Shown: positions 1 to 9,165 of the stretch, piece by piece
Layout of the letters: each line of letters opens with the position of its first letter
Position numbering within the stretch: the stretch's first letter is position 1
Virus record (IMG/VR): IMGVR_UViG_3300037047_000246
Source of the DNA: a virus
Taxonomy: Duplodnaviria; Caudoviricetes
Direction: 5' to 3' (one strand)
DNA: 64,000 nt
Notes under the pieces: model-generated
Told to the model about the DNA's origin: nothing
Databases searched by the model: none
The model's input: the letters and a program-made list of their open reading frames with translations, nothing else
Translations under genes and position numbers: made by a program

Positions 1-1
1 G

Positions 2-190
2 GAGCAGCGACTGGAAAAACGCATCCAACGGCTCGAAGCCGCCATCATCGACCAGGTCATGGAAGACGAGGTTGCCGTCCGAGCCATGGTGGCGGAGCGT
101 GTGATGCAGACGTACCTGGAGCTCTACAACAGCGGCATGTTGTGGTCTCAGGCCATGGATGAGGCTCGCAAACTATGGAAGGTCGAGTGA
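2..190 (+). CDS. hypothetical protein, 5'-truncated by the window edge
   Basis: Open frame from nt 2 (EQRLEKRIQRLEAAIID...LWKVE) ending at TGA 188-190, which overlaps the next ATG. Confidence 0.6.
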   Translation, partial: EQRLEKRIQRLEAAIIDQVMEDEVAVRAMVAERVMQTYLELYNSGMLWSQAMDEARKLWKVE

Positions 191-402
191 TGGCCAAGAA
201 GCGAGACATCGGGGAAGCTTCTGCGGTCCAGTTGCTGGATCGCCAGAACCGGGACTTGTTCGAAGTCGCTCGCGAAAGAGACCTTCTGCTTGGGCTGCTG
301 AACGACTGGGCAGACTGGCGGCGAGGCCAGTGCGACCTCAGCCAGGCCTCGCCAGAGGAGCTGGCGCTACTGGCCTTGTGCAAGCGAGGCGAGCGTGGCT
401 AG
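190..402 (+). CDS. hypothetical phage protein
   Basis: ORF 175..402; the ATG at 190 overlaps the upstream stop. Confidence 0.6.
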   Translation: MAKKRDIGEASAVQLLDRQNRDLFEVARERDLLLGLLNDWADWRRGQCDLSQASPEELALLALCKRGERG

Positions 403-424
403 GCGAGGCAGTTGGGCACGTTCG

Positions 425-775
425 ATGACGGTGGAGCTGGTCATTTCGAGGTGGGTCAATAGAGACACCGGGGAAGCCCAACTCCACGAGCCTGACTTGA
501 CCGAGGAACAGGAGCGAGCGGAGGCGCTTGCCGAGGTGCACGAGCAAGACCCGCTGTGGTCCGAAAAGGAGTTCATTTGTGAAGTCTCGGGCACAGCCTC
601 GTCGGAGCCGGACACTCAGTGGGAGCCGGGAGGGCTGGACTTCGAGGTGACGGCATTCCGGTGCGAATGCTCCGGCGTGGCGAAGTTCGAGGACTTGACT
701 GCCGAAGAGCAGCGCGACGCCAAGGAGCGCATTTGCGAAAGCGAGTGGGATTGCGACGACTACGAGCCTGGGTGA
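425..775 (+). CDS. acidic hypothetical protein
   Basis: ORF 395..775, probable ATG at 425; very D/E-rich with GC-ending codons. Confidence 0.65.
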   Translation: MTVELVISRWVNRDTGEAQLHEPDLTEEQERAEALAEVHEQDPLWSEKEFICEVSGTASSEPDTQWEPGGLDFEVTAFRCECSGVAKFEDLTAEEQRDAKERICESEWDCDDYEPG

Positions 776-786
776 CGACGTCACCA

Positions 787-813
787 AAGACACAGAAGAC
801 ACAGAAGACTCAG
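787..813. repeat. 3x9-bp tandem repeat AAGAC(A/T)CAG
   Basis: aagacacag aagacacag aagactcag; overlaps the stop of the minus-strand gene 810..1214. Confidence 0.85.
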
Positions 814-1214
814 TCTCCAAAGACCCAGTACTCGATTTTCTCAGAATTGGTCGGGGAGACCAGCACCGTGACGGCTGCCTCGGTCAGCGGGCTGACGCCG
901 GTGGACGCGTCCACCGGACACTCGTACGACATCTTGCCGCCAGGCGGCAACGTGATCGGATCGGCCGAGCCGTTCAGGGCCACGTCGATGTCCGAGGTCA
1001 TCAGGTTTTTAATGGTCATGTGCTTGGCTTTGCTGACCGAGCCAAACGGAATCTGGAACACCGTCAAAGGAGGCGTGGCCGGCGGCACGCCGATGGTGCC
1101 TACGTTTTGCTCGTTGTAGCTCGCCTGCTGCACGAAGGCGCTCTGACCGGAGTTGACTGCTGCCGAGGGAGGGGTCCACTGCAGCGTGCTGGTGCTGACG
1201 ACCGTGTGTGCCAT
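810..1214 (-). CDS. beta-rich hypothetical protein, possibly virion-associated
   Basis: 134 aa rich in S/T/V/P/G with alternating hydrophobic pattern; GGAG-like site upstream; only minus-strand gene in the early block. Confidence 0.7.
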   Translation of the reverse strand: MAHTVVSTSTLQWTPPSAAVNSGQSAFVQQASYNEQNVGTIGVPPATPPLTVFQIPFGSVSKAKHMTIKNLMTSDIDVALNGSADPITLPPGGKMSYECPVDASTGVSPLTEAAVTVLVSPTNSEKIEYWVFGD

Positions 1215-1253
1215 AACCCAGCCGGCGGCAAAAGGAGCCTATCGCGCGCCATC

Positions 1254-1291
1254 GGCGATTAGGCCGCGCGGCGCGTACTGGGCCGGGGAGG
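1254..1291 (+). promoter_or_regulatory. CGTAC-type promoter-like motif plus RBS
   Basis: CGTAC at 1274-1278, GGAGG at 1287-1291, ATG at 1300. Confidence 0.55.
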
Positions 1292-1299
1292 TGATCCGC

Positions 1300-1497
1300 A
1301 TGAAGTTTTCCGAAATGACGCTGGAGCAACTGATTTGTAAGCGCGATCGACTGAACCGAGAAATCGATCGGCGAATGCGCCTGCGCATTCGCCAGCCGGC
1401 CGCGCCATTAAGTATATCAAAAATCTGCCGAATCGATTTGTTGTTTTGTCGGACTGCTTCGATCTGCACTTGCTCGGACGGTCGCTTGATGTGCTGA
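1300..1497 (+). pseudogene. small gene whose 3' half is replaced by an inverted fragment of the 22-aa repeat gene
   Basis: Starts MKFSEMTLEQLICKRDRLNREIDRR; 1422-1525 reads on the minus strand as LIQHIKRPSEQVQIEAVRQNNKSI, matching the repeat in 23432..24103. Confidence 0.55.
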
Positions 1498-1598
1498 ATC
1501 AAGCTGTCATGTTTGACTGGAGAAATTTCTGCAAAGCCTAGCGATAAAACTGGTGCAAAATTCATGAGGCACCAGCTTTATCGAACCAGGAGGAACTG

Positions 1599-1985
1599 AT
1601 GTCGTTCGTGAGAGCACTTGAAATGGACGAGGTGAAGTTCGAACTTGCGGCAGAGCAAGAGCTGGAAAGTCTGGAGAAAGCCTTCGACGTCCCGGAGCAG
1701 CTGCGATGGGTGCGGGAGCAGCTCGCCTCAGGCAACTGTTGGGCCTGGTGCACCGCAGTGCTCCGGGCCAGGTGGGGCCCGTTTGTGGGGGAAGCCTGTC
1801 TTGGCGGCTGCTCGTATGAGTCAGAGGAGAAGTTTTTGGAGGACTCGTGCTACTACGACGGCATGGCGGTGGACGCCCTGAACGACTTGCAGAACAAGGT
1901 CGAGCAAGCGGCCGGGGCGCTCGAGCCGCTTATGACGCGAGAATCGGTCGACGAGTGGTTCGTCCGCCGGGTGCAGGAGGACTGA
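1599..1985 (+). CDS. hypothetical phage protein (C-terminal VRRVQED)
   Basis: AGGAGG RBS; 128 aa. Confidence 0.75.
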   Translation: MSFVRALEMDEVKFELAAEQELESLEKAFDVPEQLRWVREQLASGNCWAWCTAVLRARWGPFVGEACLGGCSYESEEKFLEDSCYYDGMAVDALNDLQNKVEQAAGALEPLMTRESVDEWFVRRVQED

Positions 1986-1999
1986 TTCTGAAGATCGCC

Positions 2000-2036
2000 G
2001 GAGCTGCGCGCCCGCTGCGCGTACTGGACCAGGAGG
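2000..2036 (+). promoter_or_regulatory. CGTAC-type promoter-like motif plus RBS
   Basis: GGAGC-N15-CGTAC (2020-2024)-N6-AGGAGG, ATG at 2045. Confidence 0.65.
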
Positions 2037-2044
2037 TGACCCGC

Positions 2045-2440
2045 ATGGCGAAATTCGTAGAGGTTCCCGCAGCAGCAATCGAACAACCCTTGCAAGCGCT
2101 AGGGTTCCGCCGCGTGTGCACGCACGGCCAGGTCGTGTACATCAAAGAGCACGACTGCTGCCGCAACGTGCTGGTCAAAGTGTACACTTCGATCCCGTAC
2201 TCTTTGGTTGCTCCGGCGGGCGCCGAAGCCGTCCGCCGAGCGGGAAAGGACTCCATCCGGGTGTGTTGCGCCTACGAGAGCTCGGTCAAGAACTTCGGCA
2301 TTGGCAAGTTCCCTTACATCGCCCGGGTGGGCACGGTCGAAGGCGTCGTGCAGCGCATGCTTGAAACCGTCAAGGCGGCATGGGTACGCGGCCAGGATTG
2401 GTTCGACGGCGTCCAGGTCAAGCAGGTGATGAGCGCATGA
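2045..2440 (+). CDS. hypothetical phage protein (C-terminal VKQVMSA)
   Basis: AGGAGG RBS, ATG at 2045; ATGA overlap with the next gene. Confidence 0.75.
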   Translation: MAKFVEVPAAAIEQPLQALGFRRVCTHGQVVYIKEHDCCRNVLVKVYTSIPYSLVAPAGAEAVRRAGKDSIRVCCAYESSVKNFGIGKFPYIARVGTVEGVVQRMLETVKAAWVRGQDWFDGVQVKQVMSA

Positions 2441-2676
2441 GCCCGCCCAGCCTGCCCTCGCCCCACAAGGGCTCCGTCGACCGATGCGACGCCATTGTCG
2501 ACGTGGACGGCACATCCGTCGTCGCGCGCTGCGGCGCACCTCCGATGCAGTGGCTGCGCATTGGCCTCAACCTGTACTGCAGGTGTTCCCGCCACATCAT
2601 CGACCGCACAGGCAAGCCCATGATCAAGGTCCTGACCTACGAGGAGGCGCTCGTGCTGAGCGTCCAGGAGAGCTGA
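2437..2676 (+). CDS. small Cys/His (Zn-binding) protein, paralog 1
   Basis: C..CGAPPMQW..YCRCSRH; ends TYEEALVLSVQES. Confidence 0.7.
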   Translation: MSPPSLPSPHKGSVDRCDAIVDVDGTSVVARCGAPPMQWLRIGLNLYCRCSRHIIDRTGKPMIKVLTYEEALVLSVQES

Positions 2677-2678
2677 CG

Positions 2679-2891
2679 ATGGACGTGAACCGCTGCAACC
2701 ACATTGACTGCGGCGTTCCAGCTGTGCAGTGGATATTCTGCGGCGCTCCAGCTGTGCAGTGGACATTTTTGACCGGAGCTGACGTGCTTTTTTGCCTGTG
2801 CTGCAGCCACACCATGGACAACATGTCCGACAGGTGGAAAAACCTAACTCATGAAGAAGCGCTGGTTTTGTCAGTGCAGGAGGACTTGTGA
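2679..2891 (+). CDS. small Cys/His (Zn-binding) protein, paralog 2, with internal 30-bp duplication
   Basis: CGVPAVQW/CGAPAVQW duplication (2708-2737 and 2738-2767); ends THEEALVLSVQEDL. Confidence 0.7.
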   Translation: MDVNRCNHIDCGVPAVQWIFCGAPAVQWTFLTGADVLFCLCCSHTMDNMSDRWKNLTHEEALVLSVQEDL

Positions 2892-3481
2892 TCATCACGC
2901 AGGCCGACATCGACGCCGGGAAAGTCAAAGATGCCATACGCCATATGCCCAGCGTCACCAGAGAGGTGGGAGCAGCCGCGCGCAAGCTGGCCGGGCAAGC
3001 CCAAGTGAGCTCGGACTTGAGAACGTACGGAGGCGCAGTGCACGTCCGTGTCCGCATCAAGCTGGCTGGCTCGAACGAGTATGCGCACTGGTTTGAGGAT
3101 GAGCAAGATCTGCGAGACTGCAAGCACATCGTGTGCATCGTGCTTGGGCTGCACTACAAGATGGGCATTGTGCCAGATGAGTTGTTCGATCCGAATGTGG
3201 ACTGGAAAACAGCAGGAGACGCTCTTGCTGGAGCCATGTACGAGCTTGTGTACGACGTCGCTCAGCCGGATGTGGACCGGCTACACGGCCGGGTGCTTCG
3301 GCTGCTCGACAAGCGATCCAAGACAGTGCCGGAGATGTCGAAGCGAGCCCGCGCCGCCTGGGTCAAGGAGGTGATGGACGACGTCCGCGACAAGCTGCGC
3401 CTGGTGCGAGCCGAGGTGCAGGAGCAGGACGTCGTGGACTTGTGGCGCGAGGTGTTGTGCGAGGAGACTCAAGACAGCTGA
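2888..3481 (+). CDS. hypothetical phage protein (C-terminal DVVDLWREVLCEETQDS)
   Basis: 197 aa ORF coupled to its neighbours. Confidence 0.75.
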   Translation: MIITQADIDAGKVKDAIRHMPSVTREVGAAARKLAGQAQVSSDLRTYGGAVHVRVRIKLAGSNEYAHWFEDEQDLRDCKHIVCIVLGLHYKMGIVPDELFDPNVDWKTAGDALAGAMYELVYDVAQPDVDRLHGRVLRLLDKRSKTVPEMSKRARAAWVKEVMDDVRDKLRLVRAEVQEQDVVDLWREVLCEETQDS

Positions 3482-3495
3482 GGAGGGCGACAAAA

Positions 3496-3717
3496 ATGGG
3501 AACCTTTGACTGCTCTTGGTGCGGCAGCCCGGCAACGCAGTTCGTGGTGCAGGGCCTGCGCATCGTCTGGCACCGGTGCGAGCGCCACAAGTTGGAAAGG
3601 TCGCTGTCTGGCTCCGGCTGCACGGGAGGGACAAGCGGCTATATCGGCGGAGCAGTTTTCACGAACGAGCAAGATGCGCTGAACTTCATCTACGTCCGGC
3701 GCGTTCAAGAGGGCTAG
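3496..3717 (+). CDS. small CxxC (Zn-binding) protein
   Basis: AGGAGG RBS; CSWCGSPATQF..RCERH; ends YVRRVQEG. Confidence 0.7.
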   Translation: MGTFDCSWCGSPATQFVVQGLRIVWHRCERHKLERSLSGSGCTGGTSGYIGGAVFTNEQDALNFIYVRRVQEG

Positions 3718-3729
3718 TCATAGCCCGGC

Positions 3730-3767
3730 GGAACTGCGCGCGACTCGTGCGTACCGGACTGCGGAGG
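3730..3767 (+). promoter_or_regulatory. CGTAC-type promoter-like motif plus RBS
   Basis: GGAAC-N15-CGTAC (3750-3754), GGAGG at 3763-3767, ATG at 3775 (22-codon ORF coupled to 3840). Confidence 0.65.
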
Positions 3768-3839
3768 TGACGGTATGCCGAAGACGAAGCTGACTGAATT
3801 CCGTCTCTCCGACGAGGATCAGGACGAGGAGGTGACAGT

Positions 3840-4820
3840 ATGAGACTACAGGACCATAACGTTATCAAGGCGATCATGGAAGCCATCACCCAGCCCGAGA
3901 TGGACTCCGCCCACATTGAGCGCGACCTGCCGCTCCGGGACGGGCTGCCGGTCACCCGCATCGACGGTGTGCCGTGCGCGATGGACGTCGTCAACGGGGT
4001 GATCCAGGCCGGAGAGGGCCGCGAGCAGCAGTGGTTCGAGGTGCATCTGCGCGACGTGACCCCCAAGCGCTTCCGCTCGCCCGAGGAGCAAACGAAGCTC
4101 GAGCAGGAGCACGAAGACTGGTGGCATGTGTCGTCGAGCCAGCGCTCCGTGTTTGTGCGCAACCGCTCCCGCTCCGGGGCCGTGGAGGACTTTCTGCGCA
4201 GGTTCCCCGGCGAGGCAGCCTCCGGTCTGGACATGCCCGATGCAGAGCTCGCCCGCGGGTTCGAATTCATCGACGACGAGGGGGACCGAATCCGCGCAGA
4301 GTTCATCGCTAAAGAGGTCATGGAGACCGAGGCCGAGGCCGCTCCCGACCCCCAGTATCCGCAGCCAGGTCAGAACTCTGCGAGCTCGCAAGGAGTTGGC
4401 GGTTGCCCGGCCGGCCAGTGCTCCTGCGGCGGGTGCTACCCGGAGCCGTCCGAGGACGAGGAGCAGGACGAACAGGACGACGATATCAACGCGGTCGATC
4501 CGAACGACCCCTACCAGAATCTGAAGCCCGAGGAGTGCTATTTTGGGGTAGCCGGCGAGTCGTGCGGCGGAGACCCGGACAGCAAATGGCTGATGGTGTG
4601 CCCCAAGGACTATTGGGACAAGAACCATCGCGCCTACGACGGCTACCTGGGCAACATCTGGAAGCACTTCCCCAGCTACATGCAGGCGCCTGAGGACATG
4701 GAGTGCACCTGGGCCATCCCGGACGACAAGGGCACCGAAGACGTCGCGATCGACATGACAGTGGCGGGGTTTGAGCGCAACCTGGAGCTGGAAAGTCTGA
4801 TCGAAGCAGAGGAGCCGTGA
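3840..4820 (+). CDS. acidic hypothetical protein, probably multidomain
   Basis: 326 aa; D/E-rich linker and small Cys cluster. Confidence 0.75.
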   Translation: MRLQDHNVIKAIMEAITQPEMDSAHIERDLPLRDGLPVTRIDGVPCAMDVVNGVIQAGEGREQQWFEVHLRDVTPKRFRSPEEQTKLEQEHEDWWHVSSSQRSVFVRNRSRSGAVEDFLRRFPGEAASGLDMPDAELARGFEFIDDEGDRIRAEFIAKEVMETEAEAAPDPQYPQPGQNSASSQGVGGCPAGQCSCGGCYPEPSEDEEQDEQDDDINAVDPNDPYQNLKPEECYFGVAGESCGGDPDSKWLMVCPKDYWDKNHRAYDGYLGNIWKHFPSYMQAPEDMECTWAIPDDKGTEDVAIDMTVAGFERNLELESLIEAEEP

Positions 4821-5443
4821 AAGCGCAGTTCGAAGCAGCAGAGGTGAAGGCGCGATTCGAGGCCTATTTGGCACCCATTGGCCTTTACCTGTACTGGACG
4901 TCTTTGACACTTCAGAACCAGAAAGACTTGGTTCGGTCCATAGTTGGCTGCGTGCAAGAACAAGAAGCCGCTCTGCGGAGCGCTAAAATTCAGGCCTACT
5001 GCGTGGCCTCAGGTCACACAGTTTCGATCCGCTTGAAGTGCCGTACAGGCACCAGACGGCTCCAAAAGGTCGTGCCTCGGAAGGGAGCTCCGACAGTCTC
5101 AGAGGTGGTGCTGGCATGCACGCCCCATTTCAAAGTAGTCCCGAACGGCGAAGCGTACGCGGCCCTGCACGCCGCTGCCCGCTGGTTTTCTGTGCTCGAG
5201 CTGGAATCGGCTCTGGGCGATGAGCTGCGAATCAAGATCGACGAGGCGCTGGCTGCACTGCCGACAGCGCAGAAGGCAAAGGCGCTGCAGCAAGCCGAGG
5301 CCAATCGGCACAACACCAGGTTGCGCCAACGGCAGGCGGCTTTGGAGCGGCTGGCGGAGACGATGCGCACCTGGGAGTACGGCGAGTCGGACGTGATGGA
5401 GGCTTGGCGCATGTCTCAAGTGGAAAGGGTGCAGCAGTCATGA
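4817..5443 (+). CDS. hypothetical protein (C-terminal DVMEAWRMSQVERVQQS)
   Basis: 208 aa, GTG start overlapping the upstream stop. Confidence 0.7.
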   Translation: MKAQFEAAEVKARFEAYLAPIGLYLYWTSLTLQNQKDLVRSIVGCVQEQEAALRSAKIQAYCVASGHTVSIRLKCRTGTRRLQKVVPRKGAPTVSEVVLACTPHFKVVPNGEAYAALHAAARWFSVLELESALGDELRIKIDEALAALPTAQKAKALQQAEANRHNTRLRQRQAALERLAETMRTWEYGESDVMEAWRMSQVERVQQS

Positions 5444-5859
5444 CGTCGTCTCAGTCATCGGTGGTCGGCGCGTGCGAGTCGCAAGTGCTGGCCCTGCTCG
5501 ACTGGTGGGTGGAAAAACACCAGGACGCCATCTTGGGCGTCTTGGAAGGTGCCGATCCGGGCGTCTTCGGCTCGGTGAGCTTGGATGCTGTGGGGTTCAA
5601 AATCCTGGAGCACTGGAGCGGATGGGAGGAGCTGTTCTTCAGGGACGTATATGCCGATTCGTTCGCCGCATTCACCTGGAACCGCTACGACAGCTATTGG
5701 GTGGGCATTAATACCAACGGCGTCAGGCATCTGGACGGGGAGCTGCACGGCCGGATCGGGTTGGTTGCCAAGGAAGCCGGCTGGATCGATAAACATCGCC
5801 GGACCATCCTCGCCACGCAGCGCCGCCTGCGCCAGATCAAGAAAGTGCAGGAAGCATGA
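5440..5859 (+). CDS. hypothetical protein (C-terminal IKKVQEA)
   Basis: ATGA overlaps at both ends. Confidence 0.7.
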   Translation: MTSSQSSVVGACESQVLALLDWWVEKHQDAILGVLEGADPGVFGSVSLDAVGFKILEHWSGWEELFFRDVYADSFAAFTWNRYDSYWVGINTNGVRHLDGELHGRIGLVAKEAGWIDKHRRTILATQRRLRQIKKVQEA

Positions 5860-5918
5860 AAGACTTGCTGCAAGAGTGCGGGCTGACTCCTGAAGAAGCG
5901 TTCAAATCAGGTCTGTAA
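5856..5918 (+). pseudogene. 20-codon N-terminal remnant of the repeat-protein gene at 23432
   Basis: MKDLLQECGLTPEEAFKSGL* versus MKDLLQKHGLTPEEAFKLGL at 23432, with clear nucleotide similarity. Confidence 0.75.
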
Positions 5919-5952
5919 CTACTAATCGCCCGGACTGGGCGAAGGAGGGCGA

Positions 5953-6342
5953 GTGATGCTGGAAGTCAAGCTGGAACTCCTCGTCGAACGCCAGGAGCTA
6001 GGCAGCGAGTCGTACTTTCTGCAGATCGAGGTGGAGTCGAAGGACAACCCGCTGCCGATCGATCGTAAGGAGCTCAAACAGGCGGCGGCGGCGGCGGCTC
6101 TCGCGGGCCTCTCGTCCAGCGAGCCCGCCGACGTCGTGGACCTGTGGTTTGACGGCAAAGATTTGATGGTGTCCGACGACAACGTCGTCCCGGCATACAT
6201 CTCGAAGGTCAAAGTGCTGCGATGGGTGATGGAGACCGCGAGGGTCGACAACTGGTATGTGCACCTGGCGACCGGGCGGTACTTCGCCAAAGACAACTTC
6301 GACCTGGGGAACAACATATGGCATGGCCGGGCGCCCGCTTGA
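5953..6342 (+). CDS. hypothetical protein
   Basis: AAGGAGG RBS; 129 aa. Confidence 0.7.
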   Translation: MMLEVKLELLVERQELGSESYFLQIEVESKDNPLPIDRKELKQAAAAAALAGLSSSEPADVVDLWFDGKDLMVSDDNVVPAYISKVKVLRWVMETARVDNWYVHLATGRYFAKDNFDLGNNIWHGRAPA

Positions 6343-6369
6343 GGTGTCCGGCCATCCAGAATATGCAAC

Positions 6370-6438
6370 ATCCCTTTGAAGCCGACCTTCGAGCGCAACT
6401 GGAGGTCGGGCCGGCTCGCGCGTACAGAGTGCAGGAGA
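6370..6438 (+). repeat. copy 1 of a ~69-bp hairpin + CGTAC + RBS module (copy 2 at 9166-9235)
   Basis: atccctttgaagccgaccttcgagcgcaactggaggtcgggccggctcgcgcgtac(a/c)gagtgcaggaga; the copies differ by one substitution and one T indel. Confidence 0.9.
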
Positions 6439-6784
6439 GATGATTGAAATGTCCAAGAAGCGCAAGCCCGAGCCGATGCAGTCATCCTGGTGTCGTACGT
6501 GCCGCTGCTCATGAGCGCCGATCGCGGATCCGCGCGCCTGGCGCGTACCGAACAGCGAGGCGGGCACCGGCCGCTCGGTCAGCCTGGCTGGCTCCCCCGA
6601 GCGGACACGGCCCCGCCCCAATTTTACATCAACCGCGCCGCAAGGCGCGCTGAGGGGTCATGAGACAGCAAGCCGACTTGACGCAGGACCCGGTGGGCCG
6701 AGGCCGTCTCTCTCGGCCAGTTCGAGCTGGCGCAGCAAGGCCCCGAATGCGGCTACATCGTCGAGCAGCTCAAGGAGCAACTCA

Positions 6785-7063
6785 ATGGCTGACAAAGAGC
6801 TGTATCAAGTAGTGACTTTTCTGGATTTCGAGGTGTCTGTGGCGGAGCATGCCGATCCGGTGCAAGCAGTCAACCTGGCGATCGATGCCACTTACCCTGG
6901 AGACCCGACTCACGCCACATACTTCATGGCCGATCCTCGCGAGTGGGAAGCCGGGCAAGAAAACCTGTCGGCCATTGGTCCGACGGACTTCGCGCTGTTG
7001 GTCATCGTAGGTGAAGTTGACACGAATCCATATCCGTTGGGCATCATTCGGAGAAAGAGGTGA
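6785..7063 (+). CDS. hypothetical protein
   Basis: AAGGAG RBS; 92 aa. Confidence 0.7.
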   Translation: MADKELYQVVTFLDFEVSVAEHADPVQAVNLAIDATYPGDPTHATYFMADPREWEAGQENLSAIGPTDFALLVIVGEVDTNPYPLGIIRRKR

Positions 7064-7068
7064 CTGGC

Positions 7069-7290
7069 ATGGCGGAGAAGAAAGACACCTACTTCAAGCT
7101 CAATTTGGATCAGGTGGACGAGATCCTGTCCGAATTCGGCATGACGGTGCAGCAGGCTAAGAATGTTGGAGCGGGTGTCCGACGCGCTGGACGAGGCGGC
7201 GAAGGTCCGCAGGGAGCTCGACGAGATGCGCGAAGACCGCTCCGGAGGCCGCTTCCGAGGGTATCCGGTGCAATCCTACACTATCTCTGA
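7069..7290 (+). pseudogene. small gene apparently frameshifted near 7165
   Basis: MAEKKDTYFKLNLDQVDEILSEFGMTVQQAK continues more plausibly in another frame as MLERVSDALDEAAKVRRELDEM at gctaag-a-atgttg. Confidence 0.45.
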
Positions 7291-7298
7291 GGCCCGCC

Positions 7299-7335
7299 GC
7301 AGGTCAGCGCGCCTGGCGCGTACTGGGCCAGGAGG
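7299..7335 (+). promoter_or_regulatory. CGTAC-type promoter-like motif plus RBS
   Basis: GCAGG-N15-CGTAC (7319-7323)-N6-AGGAGG, ATG at 7344. Confidence 0.65.
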
Positions 7336-7343
7336 TGACTCGC

Positions 7344-7757
7344 ATGCCGAGAGCGAAGCAAGCCAAGAGCAGAGCAGCAGTCGCGCAGGTGATGCTCGAC
7401 CTGCCCGAGGACCTGAAGGCGCCGGAGGGTTTGTCCGAGCGCAGCCTGCAGGCCTGGGAAACCATCGTGCAGTTCCTGGTCGCCAACGACCTGACTTACA
7501 CTGGCGGCTGCGGGGCGTTCATGGACCCGAAGGAGTGGAAGGAACGCGGCGGCGAGTATGGAACGGAGTCCGTGCTCGTCATCTTCCACGAGGGCTCCGA
7601 GGTCGGCCAAGCGTTCTCGATGGACGACTGCTACGAGCGCGGAGGCGGGGCGAACTGCTACGCCAAGCTCGAGGCGATGTCGGACGAGCTGGCGAAGATC
7701 GGGCTGTTCGCCGAGCAGTGCACGCGGCGCTACTCGGCCGTCTACGAAATCAAGTGA
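7344..7757 (+). CDS. conserved hypothetical phage protein
   Basis: YTGGCGAFMDPKEWKERGGEYGTESVLVIFHEG resembles a recurrent phage family (from memory, not searched). Confidence 0.75.
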   Translation: MPRAKQAKSRAAVAQVMLDLPEDLKAPEGLSERSLQAWETIVQFLVANDLTYTGGCGAFMDPKEWKERGGEYGTESVLVIFHEGSEVGQAFSMDDCYERGGGANCYAKLEAMSDELAKIGLFAEQCTRRYSAVYEIK

Positions 7758-7766
7758 GGTGGCGCC

Positions 7767-7979
7767 GTGAAGAAAGCGATGCTCAAGCGACTGGGACTGA
7801 AGAGCGTGACTCCTTGGAGCAACGGCCGAGATCCTACGGAGTTCGGGTGGGTCATCGATGGCGAGAACTGGACGGCGGACAGCCTGAACGCAGATAACGC
7901 TCCGGGAAATCTCGTCGACGTGGCCAAAGAAGAGGGATATGGCGACGACGTAACGGGGTTTCTGCAAGACCGCTGCTGA
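7767..7979 (+). CDS. hypothetical protein
   Basis: GAGG RBS, GTG start; 70 aa. Confidence 0.6.
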   Translation: MKKAMLKRLGLKSVTPWSNGRDPTEFGWVIDGENWTADSLNADNAPGNLVDVAKEEGYGDDVTGFLQDRC

Positions 7980-8058
7980 CTGCGCAGTATATGCCAGGCA
8001 GTTCGCGAATATGTGCCATGACATGCGCCCGTACGCGCGGAGTCCGCCGAATCCAGCC

Positions 8059-8096
8059 GGGAGCCGAGCGGCGCCCGCCGTACCGGGCGCAGGAGG
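8059..8096 (+). promoter_or_regulatory. CGTAC-type promoter-like motif plus RBS
   Basis: GGGAG-N15-CGTAC (8079-8083)-N7-AGGAGG, ATG at 8104. Confidence 0.65.
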
Positions 8097-8103
8097 TGAC
8101 GAA

Positions 8104-8424
8104 ATGTCGAGCCAGACCAAGCCGTACCGAGCAGCGGGCATCTTCTACACGACGTACCAGAATGAACCGTCGCAGCCGTTCTGCCTGGAGCTGCGCCGCG
8201 GCCAAGCGGCCGAAGACTTGGCAGAGTTTTACCGCAAGTCCTGCCAGGATCCGGAGGATCCGGACGCGTTTCAGCCGGGCGTGCTGTCGGCCGAGGAGTA
8301 CTACGGAGACGTCGCGATGCGCGGGCCTGACGACGAGGAGTCCGAGATCCTGTTCGTGACGTTCGCCGACGAGGACCGGGTCGAGGCGCTGGCCGAGCTC
8401 GACTTGCCGGCAGAGGAGTCATGA
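8104..8424 (+). CDS. acidic hypothetical protein
   Basis: AGGAGG RBS; ATGA overlap with 8421. Confidence 0.7.
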   Translation: MSSQTKPYRAAGIFYTTYQNEPSQPFCLELRRGQAAEDLAEFYRKSCQDPEDPDAFQPGVLSAEEYYGDVAMRGPDDEESEILFVTFADEDRVEALAELDLPAEES

Positions 8425-8864
8425 AAGTCAAGCTTGTCAAGCTCGAGCTAATACATACCGGCGCGGCCATCGTGGACGTGGCGTTCCTGCTGCCAGGGTG
8501 CAAACGCAGCCGCGAGGTCAAGTTCTTCGTCCGAATGCAGGGCGGCGTCCTCGCCGTCGATGTGCATCCGATTCCGCTCAGCGTGCCCAAAAACATCAGG
8601 CAGCGGCTTGGAGAGGCAGGTTGGGAGCGCATCCGTGCCGAGAGCTTCCGGCTATTCGCAGAAGCCGGAGGTCCGAAAGCCCTAGCCGAGCGCATGACCA
8701 AAAGCGAAGCAGAAGACCGCCAGCGCCTGATCCAGGAGGCCACCACATCGGTGAAGTATGCTGCGGCGAAGCTGCTGCGGTGCAAGCTGGGATGCCAAGA
8801 TGCAGAGGACATCGTTCGAGATGTGGTTCGAGAAGTGTTCGTCAAACAAGTCATGCAAAGCTGA
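8421..8864 (+). CDS. hypothetical protein (C-terminal VREVFVKQVMQS)
   Basis: 147 aa. Confidence 0.75.
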   Translation: MKVKLVKLELIHTGAAIVDVAFLLPGCKRSREVKFFVRMQGGVLAVDVHPIPLSVPKNIRQRLGEAGWERIRAESFRLFAEAGGPKALAERMTKSEAEDRQRLIQEATTSVKYAAAKLLRCKLGCQDAEDIVRDVVREVFVKQVMQS

Positions 8865-9165
8865 CTTTTGAACACCCCCGGCTGAAGCGGATCGGAGGGC
8901 CGAGCGCTGCGCGCGTAGCGGCGAGTGCGACAGACGCGGGCAACGGCCGACGACCCGCCAACCAATTCGCTGAAACATGGAGGTCTGCATGCACTGGCAT
9001 TAGGCGTGACTCCGCAAGGGTGCCGCGTTCCGCTCGTGGCGGCGCCCCAGGAGAAGCAAGCGCGAGGGCCGGCGGACATGATCACTCCGTCGGATGGCGT
9101 GGCCGGGCATCCTCTGCAACCTTCGGGTCGACGCGGAGGCTGGCCCGGCCACCGTCGCGCCGGGG

